Assembly: GCA_944376145.1 (NCBI GenBank) | Contig: CALWBR010000027.1 | Location: 1 to 54,237 of the forward strand | DNA from: an uncultured Clostridia bacterium | GTDB lineage: Bacteria; Bacillota; Clostridia; Christensenellales; Borkfalkiaceae | Length of the DNA: 54,237 nt | Direction of reading: 5' to 3' | In this document: positions 18,593 through 28,977 of the stretch, in pieces | How the letters are laid out: each line of letters starts with the position of its first letter | Position numbering within the stretch: position 1 is the first letter of the stretch | Program-made: the position numbers and the translations under genes | Notes under the pieces: model-generated | The model's input: only the letters and a program-made list of their open reading frames with translations | Told to the model about the DNA's origin: nothing | The model's database searches: none

Positions 18593-19581
18593 TTCTTCCT
18601 CCTTTCCTCACGGGCGGCTTCACGGCGGGCGGCGTCCCGCTCGTAAGCGCGAACGATGCGCATGACCATGGGATGGCGGACGACGTCCTGCGCGGTCAAG
18701 GTGACGACGCCGACCCCTTCCACGTTTTTGAGCACGGAAACGGCATGCTTTAAGCCGCTTTTGCGCCCGTCGGGCAGGTCGATCTGCGTCACGTCGCCGT
18801 TGACGACCATTTTGCTGCCGTCGCCCATGCGCGTGAGGAACATTTTCATCTGTTCGACCGTCGTATTCTGCGCCTCGTCCAAGATGACGAAGGCGTTGGA
18901 GAGCGTTCTGCCGCGCATATACGCGAGCGGCGCGACTTCGATGATCCCCTTTTCCATCAGCCTGCCGTACGTCTCCATGCCGAACAGCTCCTGCAAGGCA
19001 TCGTACAGCGGGCGCAGGTACGGGTCGACTTTGGTCTGCAAATCGCCGGGCAAAAACCCGAGCTTTTCGCCCGCCTCCACCGCAGGGCGGGTGAGGATGA
19101 TCTTTTCCACCTGCTTGCCCTTATACGCGCTCACGGCAAGGCAGACGGCGAGGTACGTTTTGCCCGTACCCGCAGGCCCCACCCCGAACACGACGGTGTT
19201 GTTTTTGATCGCGTCTACATACTTTTTTTGCCCGAGCGTCTTGCACTTGATCTGTTTGCCGCGGAAGGTGATCGCCACAACGTCGCTCATGACCTGTTCG
19301 ATGTTGTCCAGGTTCCCTTCCCTGGCAAGTTCGATGCAATAGACGATGCGGCTCTTATCCACGCTCTCGCCCGCGCGGATGAGCTTCAAGATCCCCTCCA
19401 GCACGCGCGCCGCCACGGCGGCGCTTTCCGCATCGCCGCAGACCTTGACGGCGGCGCCCTCCACCGAAGCGGTGACGCCCAGTTCCGCCGTGATGATGTT
19501 CAGATTTTCGTCAAAAGCGCCGAGCAGGCGCTGCAGATCGTCGAGGTTGCCCGCGTCGATCTTGATCTTCGTCTGTTCCGT
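18589..19581 (-). CDS. phoH: PhoH-family ATPase, probable non-canonical start near 19581
   Basis: GPAGTGKT, RPAVEAGEKLGFLPG, RGRT, DEAQN; conserved LLGAFDENL lies upstream of the first GTG (19464). Confidence 0.93.
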   Translation of the reverse strand, partial: TEQTKIKIDAGNLDDLQRLLGAFDENLNIITAELGVTASVEGAAVKVCGDAESAAVAARVLEGILKLIRAGESVDKSRIVYCIELAREGNLDNIEQVMSDVVAITFRGKQIKCKTLGQKKYVDAIKNNTVVFGVGPAGTGKTYLAVCLAVSAYKGKQVEKIILTRPAVEAGEKLGFLPGDLQTKVDPYLRPLYDALQELFGMETYGRLMEKGIIEVAPLAYMRGRTLSNAFVILDEAQNTTVEQMKMFLTRMGDGSKMVVNGDVTQIDLPDGRKSGLKHAVSVLKNVEGVGVVTLTAQDVVRHPMVMRIVRAYERDAARREAAREERRKK

Positions 19582-19608
19582 AAAACTTTCCTCCGAAGGT
19601 CTTTTGCT

Positions 19609-20529
19609 TCAGTAATTGGCGGAAAGGACCAGGCGCAGCGTGAGCCGCGCGACGGTCTCGCCCCCGTCTCGGGCAAGCTCTTCCGCGACGACGGTCAGCT
19701 GAGCCACATCCCCTTTGTGCAATTCGCGCTCCGCCTGCAGCCGCGCCTGCGCCGCCGCGCGGCGGGCTGCCTCCGCATCCGTGCCGGGCACGGCGCAGCG
19801 GTACTCCGTTCGCAGTACGCAGCGGGCGGAAACAAAGGTCTCCGTTTGGCTCCCGTCCGACGCGGCGAGCCTGCCCGCGGCGAGCACGTCTCCCGCCGCA
19901 ACGGTCTGGCCCTCCGCCGCGAGCGCCACCCCGCGCAGAACGGTCAGCTCCTCCACGACGCCCGCCGCGGGAGCGACAAGCTCCGTTTTGCGCACGGGCG
20001 GGGCAGCCACCGCGCCCTCTTCCAACGTGACATACACGACGCAGCCGCTCTTTTGCACCTGCGCAAAGGCGACGTCGTCAAATTCCTCCATCAATGCCGC
20101 GCCCGCCGCCTGCGCCGCGGCTTCCTCATAAAACGAAAACACCCCGACGCCCGCCTCGGCAAGCACCTGCCGCGCGCGCTCTTGATACCGCGCCGCGCTG
20201 CCGGACACTTCGATGCGCAGCACGAGCCCGTCCGCCCAAACAGAGAGGAGCACAAACAGCAGCGCTCCGCCGACAAATGCAGGACGGCGGCGCACCGCGG
20301 CGAGCAGCCGCGCGCCGCGTGAAGTACCGACTTTTGTTACAGTATAACACGAACCGCCGAAAATTGCAAAAACTTTTTCCGTATCTTTGCATTTTACGCG
20401 GAAATTCACCGCCGCCACGCCCGTACGCACGGCGGCGTAGACGCGCACGCCGCGGCGGACAAGGCGGTCGAGCGCGCGGTGCGGGGCAATGCCTTCCAGG
20501 TGCAACACGTCGTGCAAAAGCGGGGTCAT
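19609..20529 (-). CDS. yqfD: Sporulation protein YqfD-like
   Basis: TM followed by IEVSG, LVAPAAGVVEEL..G...V..GDVL; yqfC-yqfD-phoH order. Confidence 0.75.
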   Translation of the reverse strand: MTPLLHDVLHLEGIAPHRALDRLVRRGVRVYAAVRTGVAAVNFRVKCKDTEKVFAIFGGSCYTVTKVGTSRGARLLAAVRRRPAFVGGALLFVLLSVWADGLVLRIEVSGSAARYQERARQVLAEAGVGVFSFYEEAAAQAAGAALMEEFDDVAFAQVQKSGCVVYVTLEEGAVAAPPVRKTELVAPAAGVVEELTVLRGVALAAEGQTVAAGDVLAAGRLAASDGSQTETFVSARCVLRTEYRCAVPGTDAEAARRAAAQARLQAERELHKGDVAQLTVVAEELARDGGETVARLTLRLVLSANY

Positions 20530-20795
20530 GCATCCTCCGCGAACGCCGCCGCGCGCACGTCCCCTTCGACAAGGGCGTCCCCCTCCCCATAGCGGGCGAG
20601 CACGAGCCCTTCGCCCGTTACGCACACCTTGCCGCGGGCAAGGGTAAAGACGATCTCTTGTGCGGAAAAAGAGAAGACGGTGCGCACGTTTTCGAGCACG
20701 GCGCACCTGCCGCACAGCAGCACGACCTTCGCGCCGCCGAAGCCGACCTCTCCCCCGTCGCCCGCACGGGCGAGAATTTCCTCGAACAGACGCAT
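20526..20795 (-). CDS. yqfC: YabP/YqfC-family sporulation protein
   Basis: LEN..V.SFS..EI, VTGEGL, VEG.V; upstream of yqfD. Confidence 0.75.
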   Translation of the reverse strand: MRLFEEILARAGDGGEVGFGGAKVVLLCGRCAVLENVRTVFSFSAQEIVFTLARGKVCVTGEGLVLARYGEGDALVEGDVRAAAFAEDA

Positions 20796-20818
20796 ATTTG
20801 TCCCCTCCTGCGCCAATT

Positions 20819-20847
20819 ATAGTATGCGCCGGGTTTTGTTTTTATGA
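20819..20847 (-). promoter_or_regulatory. Putative sigma-E promoter for yqfC-yqfD
   Basis: TCATAAA-N14-CATACTAT; yqfCD is sigma-E controlled in B. subtilis. Confidence 0.55.
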
Positions 20848-21009
20848 ACCGCCCGCGCTTGCCTTTTGGAGGCATAGGTGATATACTGTAAGAGAAAAAT
20901 ACGAACTTGCCTTTTGCGGCATCTTTTGCGCGCCTTGCACACCGTTTTAACGATCCGTTTACCTTTTTGCCGTATACTTTGTACATAACGGACCGAGGAG
21001 GGAAACGGC

Positions 21010-21786
21010 ATGGGAAGGGCAAACACGCAAAAACGGAAAAAAGCGGACGGGAAGACGACAAAGCTGCGCGTCTTTGTGCTGGCGTTTGCAGGCGCCTTGT
21101 TCGTTGCGATGATCGGCGTTACGATCTGGCACGGGCTGCACGGCTTTGCGGCGGCGTCGCTGCCGCTGCTGCTGAGCAACCTGGCGCTTTGGCTCATCCC
21201 ATTCGCCTGCCACCTTTGGCTGCGCAGGGCGGTATCGGACGCCGCGCTGCTGATCTTGGAACTGTTCCTGTTTTTCGCCTCCTTTTTGGGTTCCTGCGTG
21301 CGGCTGTACGATCTTATTTTTTGGTACGATTCGTTCGTTCATACGGCAGTCGGGTACCTCGCGGCGCTGTTGGGGCTGTTCCTGCTCTGCAAACTCTCCC
21401 GCGCGGAACAACAAAAGACGGCGCTGATCGTGCTCGTATGCGTCGCCGTTTCTCTCGCCGTCGCGGCGATCTGGGAGATGTACGAATTTCTCACGGACGC
21501 GCTATTATCGGGCACGGCGCAGGGCACGCCCGTGGAAACGGTGGACGGCGCCTTTGTGACGCCCGTTTACGACACCATGAAGGACATTTTATGCAACGCG
21601 GGCGGCGCCGTCGCCTTTGCGCTGCACTATCTGCTGCACGTATGGCTCAAAAAAGACCTCGGCATCGGCTGGCTCATGCGCGATTTTACGACGAGAAAGC
21701 CGCTTGCCGATAAGGAAGGTGAACAAACATGCCCATCCTGCAATACAAATGCAAACAATGCGGAAAACGATTCGAAGAACTCGTGA
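21010..21786 (+). CDS. Integral membrane protein (DUF2238-like)
   Basis: WYDSFVH, WEMYEF..D, DTMKDILCN motifs, several TMs. Confidence 0.75.
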   Translation: MGRANTQKRKKADGKTTKLRVFVLAFAGALFVAMIGVTIWHGLHGFAAASLPLLLSNLALWLIPFACHLWLRRAVSDAALLILELFLFFASFLGSCVRLYDLIFWYDSFVHTAVGYLAALLGLFLLCKLSRAEQQKTALIVLVCVAVSLAVAAIWEMYEFLTDALLSGTAQGTPVETVDGAFVTPVYDTMKDILCNAGGAVAFALHYLLHVWLKKDLGIGWLMRDFTTRKPLADKEGEQTCPSCNTNANNAENDSKNS

Positions 21787-21926
21787 CCAAATACGACGAC
21801 CCCGTCGCCTGCCCCGCCTGCGGCGCGCCCGCCGAGCGGGATTGGAGCGGCGAAATGTTTTCCGCGACCGGCAAACCCGCCAAAAAATGCAGCGGCAACT
21901 GCAAGACGTGCGGCGGGTGCCGCTGA
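21729..21926 (+). CDS. FmdB-family zinc-ribbon protein
   Basis: MPILQYKCKQCG.RFE, CPACG, C-terminal CSGNCKTCGGC. Confidence 0.88.
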   Translation: MPILQYKCKQCGKRFEELVTKYDDPVACPACGAPAERDWSGEMFSATGKPAKKCSGNCKTCGGCR

Positions 21927-21941
21927 GCAGCCGCGCCGCGG

Positions 21942-23399
21942 CTATACCTTTGCGCTGCCGTTGCAAAAGGCAGCGATGATCTTTTCCGCAACGGAGCCAG
22001 GAAAGCTCGCCGCCAACTGTTCGGGCGCGGCGAGCTTTCCGCTGTATTGCGCATAATAGCGACGCAAGCCCGCAAAAAAACGACGCTCGCCCAGCGCCTC
22101 GCGCAGCGCGTCGAACAGCAATTCGCCCTTGGCGTACGCGATCACGACATACTCGTATTCGCCGAAGGCGGTAAGCGGTCTGTCCATCGTCGTATCAACC
22201 TCGCCGAGCAGCTGCTCGCGCACCGAATAATAGGCGTTCAGCATCCCCTTTGCCGCCCGCAAAAGCCCCTCCCGCGTGAAGCCGAACGCCTCGTTTTTTT
22301 CAAAATACAGCAGCGACGAATACTCCGCCAGCCCCTCGTCCTGCCAGGCGTGCAAAGTTTGGTCGCTGCCGACGGCGGCATACCACCATTGGTGCGCCGT
22401 TTCGTGCACGAGCGTATAGGCGGCGTCCTCCGCCGAAAGATCGTCGGCAACGAACGCCAGCGCGGGGTACTCCATTCCGCCGAAGCAAAAACCCGTCTGC
22501 ACCACGGAATACGTGCTGTACGCATATTCGCCGAACGCATCCGAAAAATAGAGCAGACAATCGCGCGCCAGCTCCGCCGTGGCGCGGGGCGACGCGTCCG
22601 CATACGAATAGTACAGCACGGTCACATCCCCTGCAGAGAGCTGTTCGACGGTGAACGCCTCGCTCAGGACAATGGCAAAATCGCGCGCGTTTTCCAACGA
22701 AAACGCATACGTCTTTTGCCCGCCGGAGACGTTTGCCGAAAGCACCTGCCCCGAAGCCGCCGCCGTATAGGACGCGGGCACGGCGAGCTCGACGGCGTAG
22801 TCCGCGCACGCACTGTAAAACGGGTCGCCGTTTTGCGCGTACACGCACGGGCGGTAGGCGCCCTGCTCCCACACGCAGAGCACAGGATAAAAGTTGCCGA
22901 GGTTGACGGTCTGCCCGGCGAGCCCCGTACGGTGCCGCACACGGGCAAGGGTCAGGGTATAAGCAATAACGACTTCGGCGCTGCCGCCCGCGGGCACGGG
23001 CGAAGCAAGACGGACGCGCAGGATGTTTTGGTCCTCCCCGCACACCTCCCAAGCGGCACAGGGAGACACGGAATGCACTTCCATCCCGCCGAAGCTCTCG
23101 CCCGCGTAATAGGCGCGCGCGGAAAAACTCGGCGAAACGGGCGCATACGCCGCCCCTTCGCGGTAGGCGTTGCCGTAAAGGTTGAACCAAAGTTCCCGCT
23201 GCTCCGTGCCCGTATCGTTTTGGTAAGCAAAGGCAAGTTCCGCCGTGAGCGTGCCGTCGGCATACGCCGCGTCGATACGATAGGCGCTGCGCGGATGCTC
23301 CGCCGCACAGCCGACAAAGGAAGGCAGCCACAGCAGGCACAGCAGCACCGCCGCCGCTGCAACAGAGAAGATCCGTTTTGTTCGCGACCGTATACACAT
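21942..23399 (-). CDS. M1-family metallopeptidase, probable lipoprotein
   Basis: GGMEYP, HETAHQWW, W.DEGLAEY, Y.KG; FVGC lipobox-like. Confidence 0.9.
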   Translation of the reverse strand: MCIRSRTKRIFSVAAAAVLLCLLWLPSFVGCAAEHPRSAYRIDAAYADGTLTAELAFAYQNDTGTEQRELWFNLYGNAYREGAAYAPVSPSFSARAYYAGESFGGMEVHSVSPCAAWEVCGEDQNILRVRLASPVPAGGSAEVVIAYTLTLARVRHRTGLAGQTVNLGNFYPVLCVWEQGAYRPCVYAQNGDPFYSACADYAVELAVPASYTAAASGQVLSANVSGGQKTYAFSLENARDFAIVLSEAFTVEQLSAGDVTVLYYSYADASPRATAELARDCLLYFSDAFGEYAYSTYSVVQTGFCFGGMEYPALAFVADDLSAEDAAYTLVHETAHQWWYAAVGSDQTLHAWQDEGLAEYSSLLYFEKNEAFGFTREGLLRAAKGMLNAYYSVREQLLGEVDTTMDRPLTAFGEYEYVVIAYAKGELLFDALREALGERRFFAGLRRYYAQYSGKLAAPEQLAASFPGSVAEKIIAAFCNGSAKV

Positions 23400-23504
23400 G
23401 GCATATGTATATGCTTGTTCGGAGAAAAATTATATCCGCAGAAGTTGTTCACGAAAAAAGTTTTGAGCGGACGTGGTTCACGCAAATCTCGCGCCGACCG
23501 CAGC

Positions 23505-23642
23505 AAGCCTTCCCCCTGGTGGGGAAGGTGCCCCGAAGGGGCGGATGAGGGGCGCTCGTTGTGCGAAGGAAGAAGCAAATGTGGTAAAAAATTCACCTCA
23601 TCCACCGCAAGCGGTCCCCCTTCCCCGTCAAGGGGAAGGCGA
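23505..23642. repeat. REP-like CCTTCCCC/GGGGAAGG hairpin repeats (two units)
   Basis: Near-exact reverse complements of units in 36870-37056. Confidence 0.9.
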
Positions 23643-23696
23643 AATTAGGATGGTAAATCCATAGAGATCTCTCGCGGGGAAGGCGTGGTAAGAACG

Positions 23697-23736
23697 ATAC
23701 AAGCCGCCGTGCCCGTTTGGGCGCGGCGGCTTGTAT
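23697..23736 (-). terminator. Terminator of the SipW locus
   Basis: ATACAAGCCGCCGTGCCC..GGGCGCGGCGGCTTGTAT. Confidence 0.75.
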
Positions 23737-23752
23737 TCCTATCTTTGTTTCC

Positions 23753-26700
23753 CTATCGGATCTGCACTTCTTTCGCTGTTCGATTATTCAAAATATTAAC
23801 CCATCCGTCATCCAACCGATCATCGCCATTGTACGGATGCTTCCCGTTCGCCAAAACATAATCCCAATAATATAGTGCAGAGTTACTCCCATCATAATGG
23901 ATCCCGTGGTTTGTTCCGTCCGCACTGTACGTACCGCCGGAGAGCGCAATTTTGCCGTCCCTCGGGCGATCGCTTGCGATCCACAACCCCGCTTCGCTCC
24001 CCGTAAACGTGCCGCCGCTAACGGATAAACGGGCGTTATTTGTACCGAAGTAAATGCCGTACACGCTCCCGGTGACCGTAGGGGTACCGCTGACGGTAAA
24101 TTTACCGCCGCCGCTGAGGCGCAGCCCTGCCCCGCTTTTGCCTTCGACGGAAGCTTCGCCGTCGATCACGACCCCGACATTCACATTGCCGCACCAAATA
24201 CCGTCTTTTGCACCGGTAAAAGTACCGCCGTGGATCTGGATATGGTTGCCGCCGTCCCCTTGCGGGCTATCGTTTACGGTATAGTTTTCCACATACAGGG
24301 CGGCACGGGCGCTCCCCGTAAAAGTACCGCCATGGATCGTCAGATCGGCATACGGGTTGCTGTACCAGATCGCATCGCGGGAACCGCCGTCCGTCAACGT
24401 GCTTTCAAACGTGCCGCTTTGGATCGTGACGTCGGTATTGGCGTCGGTCGATTTTTCTACGGCAATGGCGACGGAGCCCGCCGAAACGTTGATAGCGGAA
24501 CCCGTGCCGTATTCATCGGAAAAGTTTTCTTCAAACGTGATGTTTACGTTTGTATACACACTGAAGCCCGCCTGCCCCTCTACCGCAAACGTTCCGCCGT
24601 AGATCTTTGCCTGCGCCTGCGTAGTGGTCGTGCCCATAACGAACGCGCTGCTGCCCGACCCGCCGAAGGTGCCGCCGTACGTTGTGACCGTACCGCCGTA
24701 GAGCTTGAAGGCATACGAAGCTCCCGGTCCTGCAATGGGGCTCTCCTCGGTGCTTCCGTCCTCATACACATACGTATATTTGTACGTATCGTTCCCCTCA
24801 AATTCGCCGCCGTAAAGGCGCGCATCTCCGCCGCGCACCAAAATGCCGTTGCCTTGCGCAGAACGGTACGTACCGCTGTACGCTTGCAACAAACCGCCCT
24901 GCACTTCTACCGCGTTTCCGCCGTCTGTGCTGAGGCGATAGCTCCAGTTGCCTTCGGTGTTGCCGGTATCCGCTTTCCAAATCTCCTCATTGTTATCATC
25001 CACTTCCAAAGTTGTGCCCGTGGTTTCGATCGTCAACGCGGAATTATCGGTGCTTTTTTCTCCTAAAAACACGTCGCCGTCCGAAACGTGCACGCCGCCG
25101 CCTTTGGAATTACGGATCGCACCGCGGCTGATCGTGACGGTGCTCTCCGCCACGTTTTCCTCCGTGCTGCCTTCCACGTTCACGGCGAAACTTCTTATCA
25201 GCTGTGACGCATAGCCCCCGCTTGTGCTGTTCTCCACGCCCGTATGTTCTACGTTAAAAGTCGCGTTGGCGGCGTCGAGAGAGCCGCCCTGCACGAATAC
25301 GCCGTGGTACATCGTGTTGCCGTTTTGCAGTTTATACTCCTCCGCGATCGCAGACGTGATCGAAACCTCGGCGTCCTTGCCGAAGACGGCGTTCCCGCCC
25401 GAGACGTACAGCGCCGTCGCGCGGGTGGTGTTTATGGTGAGCTGCCCGCTTTGCAGGCGCACCTCGTTCGCCTCGCCGCCGCCCGTGGTGACGCCGTCGG
25501 AGCCCGTCGTTTCGCCGCCGTAGACGGCGACGCCCAGCCCGTTGGAGGCGACCTTGACGGTACCCGTCAAATCGATGTTGCCCGAAAGCGCCGCCACCGC
25601 CACGGTGGTGAGCTGCTTCGCCGCATTTTCGGGGAGATCGACGCGGACTTGGAGCGCATTGTTTGCGCCGCCTTCGTATGTGACGCTGCCGCCGCTTGCC
25701 AGCAGCCCGCCGGAGGAAGTGCCCGCAACGTCGACCGTGCAGCTGCCGTACAGCGTGACGCTGCCCTGCGCCGCCAGCACCCCGTAATTGCCCGCCGCCG
25801 TTGTATCCTCGGCGGCGATCGTACCGTCGGAAGCGACGGTCGCGTTCATCCGGATGTTCGTGTCGGTGAGTTCCGCCTTTTGCGCGCCCTGCGCATACAC
25901 ACCGCGGTTGTTGCTGCCCTTTGTAAAGATGAAGTTCGCATTGGTGAGCTCGAGCGAGCCGCCCGCGGCGTACACGCCGTATTGGGTAGAGCCCGTGAGC
26001 GTGAACGAAATCCCCGCACCCGTGCCCATTGCCAAAAGCTCGCCGCCCTGCATGCGGATGGCGGCGCCGAGGTACCCCGCTTCGCCCGCCGCGGGAGTCA
26101 CGCCCTCCGCGGGCAAGGTGGCGTCGGTATCGTTTTTGGTAAAGCCGCCGCCCGTGACGACCATCCTGCCCGCGTTCATGCGGACGGTATCGCCGTTTTC
26201 GGACACAAAGCTCCCGCCCGAAACGCGCAGGTACTCGACGGAAGTATCGGTATCGGCTTCGTAATTGCACTCGATGCAGGTGCCGCCTTCCACCGCGTTA
26301 AACGTGCCCGCCTGCACCGCCATATACCCGCCTTCGGCGTAGACGCCGTACGAGCCGCCCGTGCCGAAGTTCGTATCGTACGAGCCGCCGCGCGCGTACA
26401 TGTTGCCCGAGAGCATCCTGACGGTGGCAAAGTTGTTCGCCTTTTCCGCTTCCGCCTCCGCCTTTACGTTGTGGTAGCCGTACACGGTGACGGTGAACAC
26501 GCTTTCGCCGTCCGCCTCCGCCGTCGTGTACTTTGTATACGACGGCTTACCGTCTACGATCTCGCGTTCCACGTTATAGGTGTAATAAAAATCCGCCGCG
26601 CCCTCGGGGGCAAGGGTCGTCGTGCCCGAGACCTCCTCGTCGTCGAGCACATAGTAAAGGTAGGTATCCGGCAAGACCGCCCCGTCATACAGAGAAACGC

Positions 26701-27448
26701 TGCTCGATTTATCAAAGTACATGTTGCCGTTGACGAACCAATACGTGCCGCCGCCCTCGGTGTAAGTCATGCTCTTGACGTACGGCGCGACGATGGGAAG
26801 GGTGACGCTCTCCCGCTGCGTATAGGAATCGCCGACCTTTTCATACAAGGTAAGCGCCGCCGCATCTGCGCCGATCGTGCCGCCGTAATCGTCCTTGTCG
26901 TCGTCGGCGGGTACGGCTGACCAGCTGCCGCCGCTGCCTTCGGCGTATTCGCTGGGCTTTGGCCCGCTGATGAACGCGCCCTGCGACACGGTGAGCGTAC
27001 CGCCGTCGATCTGCAGCACGCTGCCGACGGGATTGTAGAAGGAGCCTTCCTGGTTGACGGAGGTATCGATGATGGTGAGCCGCACGCCGTTTTCGATGTT
27101 GAGCATGGGCTCGCGGTTGTTGCGCTGGATCTCGTGCCCGTTCAGGTCGAGGATGAGGTCGGAGCCGACGTCTGCCACGCCCGTGGTGATGATGAGCGGG
27201 TTATCCACGCCGTCGGCGATCTTGGTGTTGGGGTATCCGTTTTTGATGGCGGCGAGCAGCTCTTCCACCGTGCTGACTTCCACCTCGCGGGAGACGGTGA
27301 AATCCATCTCGCCGTCGTAAAACTGCGAACCGGAACCGACTTCCTTTTCGTACCTGCCCTGGGTGAACAGCACGCCTAAAAGGGTGCACAGCACCATAAG
27401 GAGGGCGACAAAGCCGACAACGGCGTATTTTTGCTTCCAATCCTTCAT
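23753..27448 (-). CDS. Large secreted repeat protein (beta-helix/adhesin-like, 1231 aa) with SipW-like signal peptide
   Basis: MKDWKQK, hydrophobic stretch, then TQGRYE; LDLNGH; many xIxGGTFx repeats; ATGA overlap with the upstream gene. Confidence 0.8.
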   Translation of the reverse strand: MKDWKQKYAVVGFVALLMVLCTLLGVLFTQGRYEKEVGSGSQFYDGEMDFTVSREVEVSTVEELLAAIKNGYPNTKIADGVDNPLIITTGVADVGSDLILDLNGHEIQRNNREPMLNIENGVRLTIIDTSVNQEGSFYNPVGSVLQIDGGTLTVSQGAFISGPKPSEYAEGSGGSWSAVPADDDKDDYGGTIGADAAALTLYEKVGDSYTQRESVTLPIVAPYVKSMTYTEGGGTYWFVNGNMYFDKSSSVSLYDGAVLPDTYLYYVLDDEEVSGTTTLAPEGAADFYYTYNVEREIVDGKPSYTKYTTAEADGESVFTVTVYGYHNVKAEAEAEKANNFATVRMLSGNMYARGGSYDTNFGTGGSYGVYAEGGYMAVQAGTFNAVEGGTCIECNYEADTDTSVEYLRVSGGSFVSENGDTVRMNAGRMVVTGGGFTKNDTDATLPAEGVTPAAGEAGYLGAAIRMQGGELLAMGTGAGISFTLTGSTQYGVYAAGGSLELTNANFIFTKGSNNRGVYAQGAQKAELTDTNIRMNATVASDGTIAAEDTTAAGNYGVLAAQGSVTLYGSCTVDVAGTSSGGLLASGGSVTYEGGANNALQVRVDLPENAAKQLTTVAVAALSGNIDLTGTVKVASNGLGVAVYGGETTGSDGVTTGGGEANEVRLQSGQLTINTTRATALYVSGGNAVFGKDAEVSITSAIAEEYKLQNGNTMYHGVFVQGGSLDAANATFNVEHTGVENSTSGGYASQLIRSFAVNVEGSTEENVAESTVTISRGAIRNSKGGGVHVSDGDVFLGEKSTDNSALTIETTGTTLEVDDNNEEIWKADTGNTEGNWSYRLSTDGGNAVEVQGGLLQAYSGTYRSAQGNGILVRGGDARLYGGEFEGNDTYKYTYVYEDGSTEESPIAGPGASYAFKLYGGTVTTYGGTFGGSGSSAFVMGTTTTQAQAKIYGGTFAVEGQAGFSVYTNVNITFEENFSDEYGTGSAINVSAGSVAIAVEKSTDANTDVTIQSGTFESTLTDGGSRDAIWYSNPYADLTIHGGTFTGSARAALYVENYTVNDSPQGDGGNHIQIHGGTFTGAKDGIWCGNVNVGVVIDGEASVEGKSGAGLRLSGGGKFTVSGTPTVTGSVYGIYFGTNNARLSVSGGTFTGSEAGLWIASDRPRDGKIALSGGTYSADGTNHGIHYDGSNSALYYWDYVLANGKHPYNGDDRLDDGWVNILNNRTAKEVQIR

Positions 27449-28977
27449 GCGCCGCCTCCTGCCGCAGGGTTTACGGACGCCTGCGCGAACAATACGTTGA
27501 GCACGGTGGCATACTCTTTGCTCAGAACTTCGGAGAACACATAGTGATCCGCCGCCCCGCCGTACCGTTCGAGGCGCGGATCGTCGGCAATGCCCGCAAA
27601 GGAGATGTACCCGCTCTTTCCCTCTCTTTCGCACAGCCCGTACAGCGCGGCGCCGTTTTGCCCGTTCACGTTTTCAACGGCGGAAAGGTCTGGCGTATAC
27701 GCCGCGGACGGGTCGGGCGCGGAATAAAAGTCGCGGATGTCGTGCACGATCGCCGCGGAGCCCTGCACTTCGGAGATGGGCGCCACGTGTTCGAACAGCA
27801 GCTGCGCGCCGCCCTTTTCGTAGTCGTACGTTTTGGTGATGCGCACGGTCGTCTCCCCGGAGGGGGAAGCGCTCCCCTGCCCGTACACGGGCAGCGTGGC
27901 GTTGAAGTGGTAGCCGAGCACCTTCGCCCCGTTGAAGGTGTACGCGCTCTGCCCCGCCGCGGGCGCTTCCAAAAGCGACTCCCAGCTGCTTGCGCCGCCG
28001 ATGTCGCCGACGGAGCCCCAGACGGAAGAATAGTCCTTGTTTTGGATGCGGTTGACCGATGTAATAAAGAGCACGAACGTTTTGCTCTGCGGCTGCGCCG
28101 CTTCGAAGTAAAACTCGGGCAGGTCGATATCGATGGTATAGAAGGGGATCTGCGCCTCGCAGTCAAGGTACAAAATGGGCGCGACGTTGCCTTCCGTCGT
28201 TTCGACGGTGCGCGTGAACCCGACGGAATAGCGCGCGTCCTGCACTTTTGCCGTGAGGGTGAGCTTTGCCCGCTCGCCGCCTTGGGTGTCCTGCGCGACG
28301 GCGGTGACGACGCCTTCGTGCGCCGCCTGCGTGCCCGTGAACCCGCCCGTGACGGTGAGCGTCTGCTCCAAATCGTCCGCCGCGCCGTCCGTAAAGTCGT
28401 TGTAATTTTCCGACAGCGCCGTGGAGACCGTGCGCGCGCCCTCCGCAAACACGGGAGCGCCGCTTTCGTCCGTCACCGTCTCATAAACGACGCTGCCGTC
28501 CGCCTGTTGGACCTCGTTCACCCGATAGATCAGATCGCTCAGCAAATATTGCGGGGTGATCGCGGTATACACGCCGCTCACGTCCGTCGCCTCCGCCAAC
28601 TGGATGGCGAGGTTGCCCGCAAACTCGGCGGGCGCATAGAAGCGGAGCGTGCTGCGCAAAGCTACGTCGCTGATGCGCCGCGTGCCGCCCTCCTCCACAT
28701 AATTGCAAAGATCGAAACGCACGCTGCGCGCCGTGTTCGTCGCGCTCGGCTCCCTGCCCTCGACTTCCAGCCAAAAATCCATGTTCGAGAAGGTGAGCGA
28801 AGAAGCGTCGGCGATCCGGTACGAATACAAAAAACGGCTGAGCGGCGCGGAAACGCTACCCGAGGTCGCGCCCGTATAGCGCGCCAGGCTGACGCCCGCG
28901 AGCAGGATGCCGATGATGACCAGCCAGCTCAGGTATCTGAGCACGGGGTATTTTTTGCGTTTGCATTCCTTAGCCAT
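27445..28977 (-). CDS. Secreted protein with SipW-class signal peptide (510 aa)
   Basis: Basic N-terminus, hydrophobic core, then GVSLARYTG. Confidence 0.8.
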   Translation of the reverse strand: MAKECKRKKYPVLRYLSWLVIIGILLAGVSLARYTGATSGSVSAPLSRFLYSYRIADASSLTFSNMDFWLEVEGREPSATNTARSVRFDLCNYVEEGGTRRISDVALRSTLRFYAPAEFAGNLAIQLAEATDVSGVYTAITPQYLLSDLIYRVNEVQQADGSVVYETVTDESGAPVFAEGARTVSTALSENYNDFTDGAADDLEQTLTVTGGFTGTQAAHEGVVTAVAQDTQGGERAKLTLTAKVQDARYSVGFTRTVETTEGNVAPILYLDCEAQIPFYTIDIDLPEFYFEAAQPQSKTFVLFITSVNRIQNKDYSSVWGSVGDIGGASSWESLLEAPAAGQSAYTFNGAKVLGYHFNATLPVYGQGSASPSGETTVRITKTYDYEKGGAQLLFEHVAPISEVQGSAAIVHDIRDFYSAPDPSAAYTPDLSAVENVNGQNGAALYGLCEREGKSGYISFAGIADDPRLERYGGAADHYVFSEVLSKEYATVLNVLFAQASVNPAAGGGA

